This document shows, in pieces, positions 57,608 to 64,000 of a stretch of DNA of 64,000 nucleotides. The DNA lies in NCBI RefSeq assembly GCF_009914755.1, contig NC_060925.1. The stretch is one strand, 5' to 3'. Source of the DNA: the human T2T-CHM13v2.0 reference genome, Homo sapiens. Made by a program: the position numbers and the translations under genes. Position 1 is the first letter of the stretch. Each line of letters begins with the position of its first letter. The notes beneath the pieces are model-generated. The model was not told the origin of the DNA. It searched no databases and saw only the letters and a program-made list of their open reading frames with translations.

Positions 57608-60485
57608 CTACACCAACACAGCCAGACTTCAATCTAACCTAAACAACAGATGACCCACATACACAAAATAAACAACGAGGTAAATAGCAGTGTGTAAAAG
57701 CAATGGATCTGACAGGTTTTGCAAGGTGGTAAGCCGAGGGGGCGGCTCAAAAGTTGCCAGCATAGACAGGAGGGGAGGGGTGCGGGAGGGTTCCTCTAGC
57801 CATTGAGTCAGAGGTTTCAAGAAGGAAATGGAACTTCGCAGACTGCTACAATAAAGGAAGGAGATAACCATATCCTTCTACTGCTCACTTATATAGAACC
57901 TGAATAGAGAAAAGAGTAAGTTGAGAACTTCTGAACCATGACCTTCAGTAATGGGCCAACTGCTCTACTCTGACACCAGGCCACTTCTCATCCTGCTTCA
58001 GGGTCTCACAGAACAATTAAACCCCTAAGCACCTTGCCTCCGGCCTCTGGCAGATGGGACTGATGTTAAGCTAAACCCACAGGAGGTAGGATGAGTCCAA
58101 AAACCATCTTAACTTTGTTTCCAAGGGGCCTTTTTTGGTTTTGCCTGTTTTTCTCTCTTTCTCCCTCATCATCTCACATAGCTAATCCAACCAACAGTGT
58201 GGACACTTTACAAATTGTCATAATCTTTTCTGTCCCCATATTTTTGTCCATAAGTTCTCTCCCCAGTGTCCCATTACTCTCAGAAAAGGAGAAGATCTTT
58301 GGGAGAAAATAAACATATTAGTAGCAAATTCTAGAACTGTACTGGCTGAATAAAACTTTGGGCTCACAGAAACCGGTTTCAGTTCACTCTTCAATCTTTT
58401 CAAATGTCACCACCATAGAGTCCCCTATATAACTTACCCTATTCACCACCACATCATATCTACAAAAAAAGACCATCTCAATAATCCCCCAAACACCTGA
58501 ATTGGCTGGAGTTGCTTCTTTCTTTCCAAAGAACAATGGGGTCCTTGGGGCTCCTTTGCCCCGCCAGGGCTGTGCCAAGGACACAGGCAGGAGGAGGTTG
58601 GCAGGCTGTTTTATTTTTTAGCAAGCACTGGCAGTACTTAGAGCATTCAGATGATTTCTGTTGATGCTCGTGGGGATCAGCTTCTAAGCTTCGGGCTTGC
58701 AAAAACAGGGCTCACAACTTTCATATCAGGAGAGTCGATTGCACATGTGAAGAGGCCAATTAAAAAAAAATCACAAGGAGAAGTGCTGCGATAAGCTAAG
58801 TAGGCTTTGTTCTGTTTGGAAAAGGGAGGGCCTGGGAGCCCCGATGAAGTCAGAGCTTTTCCCCTCCCAAGGGCATCTGTTTCCAGGCTGCAAAAGAGAA
58901 GAACGAGGGGGAGTCCACAGGCTGCAGGGCAGCAGAGCAGCGTGCTCATGACTGCTCAGGCACATCTGATAACAGCAGGCCTTCCTGGAGGTGGGCACAT
59001 TCTCCTCCTCTGACCCTGAGTTGGAGAGGTGACACTGATTTACAGCTGCATCTCTTCTTCTTCCTGTCCCTCCAAGCCAGCCTGCGGTCTGTTCAAAGCA
59101 CACTCAAGGGAAAGAGAGACCAATGAATCTGCCCAATTGGGAAGTGGTTTTGAGCAAGCACTGATGTTCTGACAACACACTCTGTCTTCAGATTGGTCCC
59201 TTGCCCTTCAGTGAAGTGGGTCTTGATCTGTACAGGTGTTGGCCAGGGGCTCCAGGACACAGAGCCTTCTCTCTTAGTGTGGGTGACCCTGTATAAGGAT
59301 GTCTTACTGGCATTAGATTAGGATTGACATTAGTGAATGCTCAGCAGGCAGTCCCCCTTGATTGTCCTTGGAACAGCAAGAAGGAGGGAGGGGAATATCT
59401 CCTAGACTAGAGATGGGAAGAGAAAAAGGAAGGCTGTTTAATGGAAAACTGTTGTAGTTTTTAAAAATTGTATTTACAATCTATAGGATTGTAGATTGGG
59501 AAAAAAGTCTTTATCTGATCAACTCAACCGTCCTATATTAGGACTAGGGCTTTGCTGCTATAACATAATCATGGTGGAATGTATCTCCTTGATGGATCAT
59601 CATGTAATTTTTTCATATCTCTATCTTAAATATATATTTTTAAAAGAAAAATAGAAATTATCTTTCTATAATCAATTCATGAAATGAATGGGCCTGTTCG
59701 ATGCTGTGTTTATTTTGCTTTTCTGCAAAGTTGTTTTGGGGAACATTCCATATCTTTAGATTCTTTGTCACTTAGAGAAAAAAGATTAGGCCAGTTGGAC
59801 GAAATCCATGAGAGAATGAAATATGAGTTCAAGTGTCCTAGTCTCTGTAAAACAGTATAAACTCACTCCCGGTGGATAGGGGGTGGGAAGCTGGGAAGCT
59901 GGGAACCAAGAAAGGCTGATCAAGAAGTGGGCTCCCTCCCTGGACCTGTACCCCTTGTTTCTGGCTTTGCCCCTGCTGGAGGGACCAGTCCTGACCAGTC
60001 AGGGAAGCACAGCTCTCTGCTGGGCCTGGCTGCCTGGCATGGCTGGAGCTGGAGAAGCCTTACCCATACCATGCTGGATGTTTGCTACGTCTCCCTTTGC
60101 CTCTTCCCTTGGAGACCTTGAAGGGCACCTTTGAGTAGGGAAAACTAAAAACCCAAAGTTACTAATTTGGAGGATTGGCAGGGAGAGACTTTATCCTAGC
60201 CAGGATATCTGGGTTTCCTTGAAGCCCCTAATGCTGGTCCCTCAATAATTTGATTTCTTGTTGCTCCTAATGGAAACTTGTTAGGAAGACCCCCAGGCCA
60301 CACCCAGCAGGTCTCGACCCCACCAACCTTTCGGCCTCATTTGCTCTCTGAACTCCTGTCGCATTGGTCTTCTTTCAGTTTCTTCTGGTCCTGTATTCCC
60401 TCCTACCTGAGGACCTTTGATCATGCCATTCCCTCTGTCTGGAACACTCCATCCCCTCCCCCTGCTTTATCTAGCTAACGCTTTT

Positions 60486-61390
60486 TGTCAGTTATCTTTT
60501 CTGGCATAACAAATTACCCCCAAACCTAGTAGCTTAAAACAAACATTTGTTATCTCACATATTCTTTGGATCATGAGTCTGGGAGCAGCTTAGCTCGATG
60601 GTTCTGGTTCAGGGTTTCTCAAGAGGTTACATTCAGGCTGTCAGCCTGGGCTTTGGTCATCTGGAGCTATAGGATCTCCTGCCACGCTCACTCATTGTGG
60701 ACCTCAGTGCCTCTCAGGCTATGGGTGGAGATCTCAGTTCCTTACCATATGACCCCTCCATGGGCTGACTGGGTGTTCTCAGGATGTGGAAGCTGGCTTC
60801 TCCCAGAATGAATGATAAGAAAGAGAGAGAGAAGGCACCCAAAATAGAAGCTGCAGGCTTTTGTGAACTAATATCAGAAGCAACACATCATCCCTTCTGC
60901 CATGTGCCATTGTTACACAGACCACCCTTGATGCAGTGTGGGAGGAAACTACACATGGTGTGAATACCAGAATGGTGATCTCTGGGGCCATCGTGGGAGG
61001 CTGGCTTAATTATCGCTTCCTTTCCCTTAAGATATACTTGTATGGTATGGGTCCAAATGGCCTCATTCATGTCTGTCAGGTGACTGACCATTGGCTGGGA
61101 CAATGAAAGTGAAAGGGCCATGTGTCTGTCATTATTCAGCCAGCTAGCCTGGGGGAGTCCACGTGGCAGCTACAGAGTTTCAAGAATGAGAATGGATAGG
61201 TATGAGGCCTCTTAAGGGCAAGATTTGGAAGAGGTACAATGTCACTTCTACCACATTCTATTGGCCAAGACAAGTCATGAGGCTAGCCTGGATTCAGTCG
61301 GTGGAGAATAGACTCAACTTTAATGGAAGAAGCCGCAAAGGGGTGTGGATATAGGAAAAGGGGAAAGTGCAACCATTTCTGTAAACACAG
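60486..61390 (-). mobile_element. MLT1 (MaLR) LTR sequence, probably two nested or adjacent elements
   Basis: TAACAAATTACCCCCAAACCTAGTAGCTTAAAACAAACATTTGTTATCTCAC. An LTR-end pattern appears twice: CTTCTGCCATGTGCCATTG at ~60895 and CACTTCTACCACATTCTATTGGCCAAGACAAGTCA at ~61245. Confidence 0.75.
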
Positions 61391-62742
61391 CACACCAGAG
61401 TATCCCCAGAGCCTAGTACAGTACCTGGCACATAGTAGAGACTCAATAAGCAAAGTATTTCTTACAGGGATGAGTTTGAACATTTTACCTTTAGTTGTCC
61501 TCATCTTGTTCTTAGCCTGTCTGCCTCACTGCTAAGGAAGCACCTACAGACAAGAATCCTGTCTTATTCATGTTTGTGACCTGCAAAACATGGACATTGC
61601 ATAGAACTCTACTAGATGATGAAAAAAATGCAATGCCAACTCTTTTCAAACCCTCTCTGCACGTCTCTATTGCTATTCCTTCCTCAAAGCTTAGGGGCTT
61701 CCACAGCTGATTTGCACAGGCTTTGCAATCCTGAGGACCAGGGCTGAGATCCTAAATTTCGTTTACTGACTGTGTGATCTTGGGCAAGTTCCTTCACTCT
61801 GCTGAGCCCCAGTTTCTTCTCCTACAAACTGGAGGTGGCTACTGTTGTGGGGTGAAGTGCAACTGGATATGTGAAGTGCTGAACATGTAGCAGGCACTGA
61901 ATAAATGTTATCCTCTTCCCTTTAATTCCCTGTATCAACTTGATCATTGTCTGACCCCTCTGTCCCCGACCCTGGTTCACCCAGCCTGTCCCAGGAAAGC
62001 CACATCTGTCCCATGCTTCCCTTGGTCTCAAGAATGCAGTCAATGGCATAAAGCTGAGTACAGCTAAGCTCCCATGAGTGGTACAATTCCTGCTGCCACA
62101 CATGGGCAGGAACACTGGATCATATGGGATTGTGCCCCGCCTGGCACAGCTCCCCTAATCCAGAGGACGTTCACCTCGTGCTCCTCAGGTTTCCAGAGGT
62201 CCAGCTGCCTCTGTTGCTCTGTCCTTCTGATTTGTACTCTCCAGCCATCATAAAAGTGCTCACTGTCTAGGTCCATGTAAACATACTCTTGACATTTCTT
62301 CTTTCCAGGTCAGCTGTCTTCTCACTAGGTTCTCTCCTTTCTTTTTTCTTACCCCTCCCTGCCTTATTATTTTTGACCTTTTCCATATGCCAGGCAGCAT
62401 GCTAAGCACCTTACGCTAATTGTCTCATTGATTTTCACATCAGCTCTATGGCATAGGAACCATTATCACCACTATTTCCCTTATGAAAAGATTGAGGCTC
62501 CAAGAGTTCACATAACCTCTTCATGGCCGCACACTTGGTTAGAATCAGGATTAAACCTGGGTTCTCGTCCCAAAGCTATACTCTCTCTCTTCACACCCTT
62601 CACTTGTTGCCTAGTTTTGCATCCTGTGGCAACTTCCTGCTAGAATGTTCCTTATCTCTATATGGCTGGTCTAGATGTTATCAGCATTTTCTTCAAAATT
62701 ACCACCTTCATCCTCAGCTTTCATCTTCCTTTTTCTCTAGGG

Positions 62743-62946
62743 CAATACAGTTCAGTAGAACTTTCTGTAATGATGAGAATGTTCTCTGCACTGTCCACTA
62801 TGGTTGCCAGGAGACATATGTGGCTTTTGTGCATTTGATATGTGGCTAGTATGACTGAGAAATTGCATGTTCAATTTTATTTCATTGTAATTAACTTAAA
62901 CTTAAATAACCAGACACGGGTAGTGGCTTCTGTATTGGACGGCACA
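62743..62946 (+). mobile_element. MER3 hAT-Charlie DNA transposon, full length
   Basis: AGTAGAACTTTCTGTAATGATGAGAATGTTCT...TGTATTGGACGGCACA; 8-bp TSD CTCTAGGG at 62735-62742 and 62947-62954. Confidence 0.88.
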
Positions 62947-63691
62947 CTCTAGGGTCTTATCTTAGTGCAGTTTGTTATTGGAGGGAGAATAAGTGGCAGG
63001 AGGTAGTGAAAGGTAGATGGGGAGAAAGGCAGCTTGAGGAAGCCACAGAACTCTTTGTTCATGAATATGGACCCAAGACTAAGCTTCTCAGAAGGACCAA
63101 TTATTTAATGAGGTCCAGATTCCTGGTCCAAGATTCTTTCCTGGACCTCTGCCTTCCAATCACCAAATTCCTGGTGATGTCATCAAGCATGCCAGGCTGT
63201 AGGAATTATGTTGAGGCTCTTCAGAGAGGCAGCCTTCCTGAGCAACATGCAGAGTGAAATGTGCTCATTTCAGGGTAGGGCAAGTGTGAGAAGTCTTACT
63301 GAAGCAAGAGTTTCTTGCTGCTAAAATCAATACTTAGTAAAAATGACCTTTGGCCTGTAGCTGCAATTGCATAGAGCTTCCCCCTTCAAGATTTCTAGAA
63401 TTGCAGATTGAAAAACCCACAGCAATGGTTCCAAAAACTGAAATGCCATTTTTTTTTCTATTAAACCATGTAGCCTCTAGGACTTTCACACAAAGCAATC
63501 TTAGAAGTGGTTACTTAGTGAATTTGACTGTAGTGAGCCTTCAAATGTTAATAAATTTCTATTTGAAAATTATGCCCATTTCTGGAAGCCAAAATTCATT
63601 CTTTTACTTACTTATTCATTCATTCATCCATCCACAAACATTTTCTGAGTACATGGGAATTCTAAAATGCAGGTGGGGGAGAGGCATTTAA

Positions 63692-64000
<309 letters not shown>

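Overview
Human (primate) genomic DNA. It is repeat-rich and almost entirely intronic, from the 5' part of BCAR3 (breast cancer anti-estrogen resistance 3; SH2/Cdc25-like adaptor), transcribed on the minus strand. The only protein-coding sequence I can support is the first coding exon (24348-24675, 328 nt, ATG at 24664, MAAGKFASLPRNMPVNHQF...GETFTFR). A CpG island at ~30470-31900 holds the promoter and a non-coding first exon (donor at 31332). A 51-nt exon with good splice sites at 55825-55875 probably belongs to a longer upstream-promoter isoform. The rest is Alu, MIR, L1, L2, CR1/L3, MLT1 and hAT MER elements; almost all ORF-track entries are spurious. Main hand-derived observations: (1) a strong-Kozak uORF in exon 1 lies in frame with the BCAR3 CDS and is separated from it by a single TGA, downstream of a predicted 5'-UTR RNA G-quadruplex; (2) the ATG exon, if back-spliced, would encode a 144-aa protein with a new 38-aa tail; (3) the 51-nt exon is stop-free in the BCAR3 frame; (4) a 30-nt tailless U6 snRNA retrocopy with its own 16-bp target-site duplication (TSD) sits inside an Alu linker; (5) an Alu stack reuses one target site. 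Repeat subfamily calls and boundaries are by eye and approximate.
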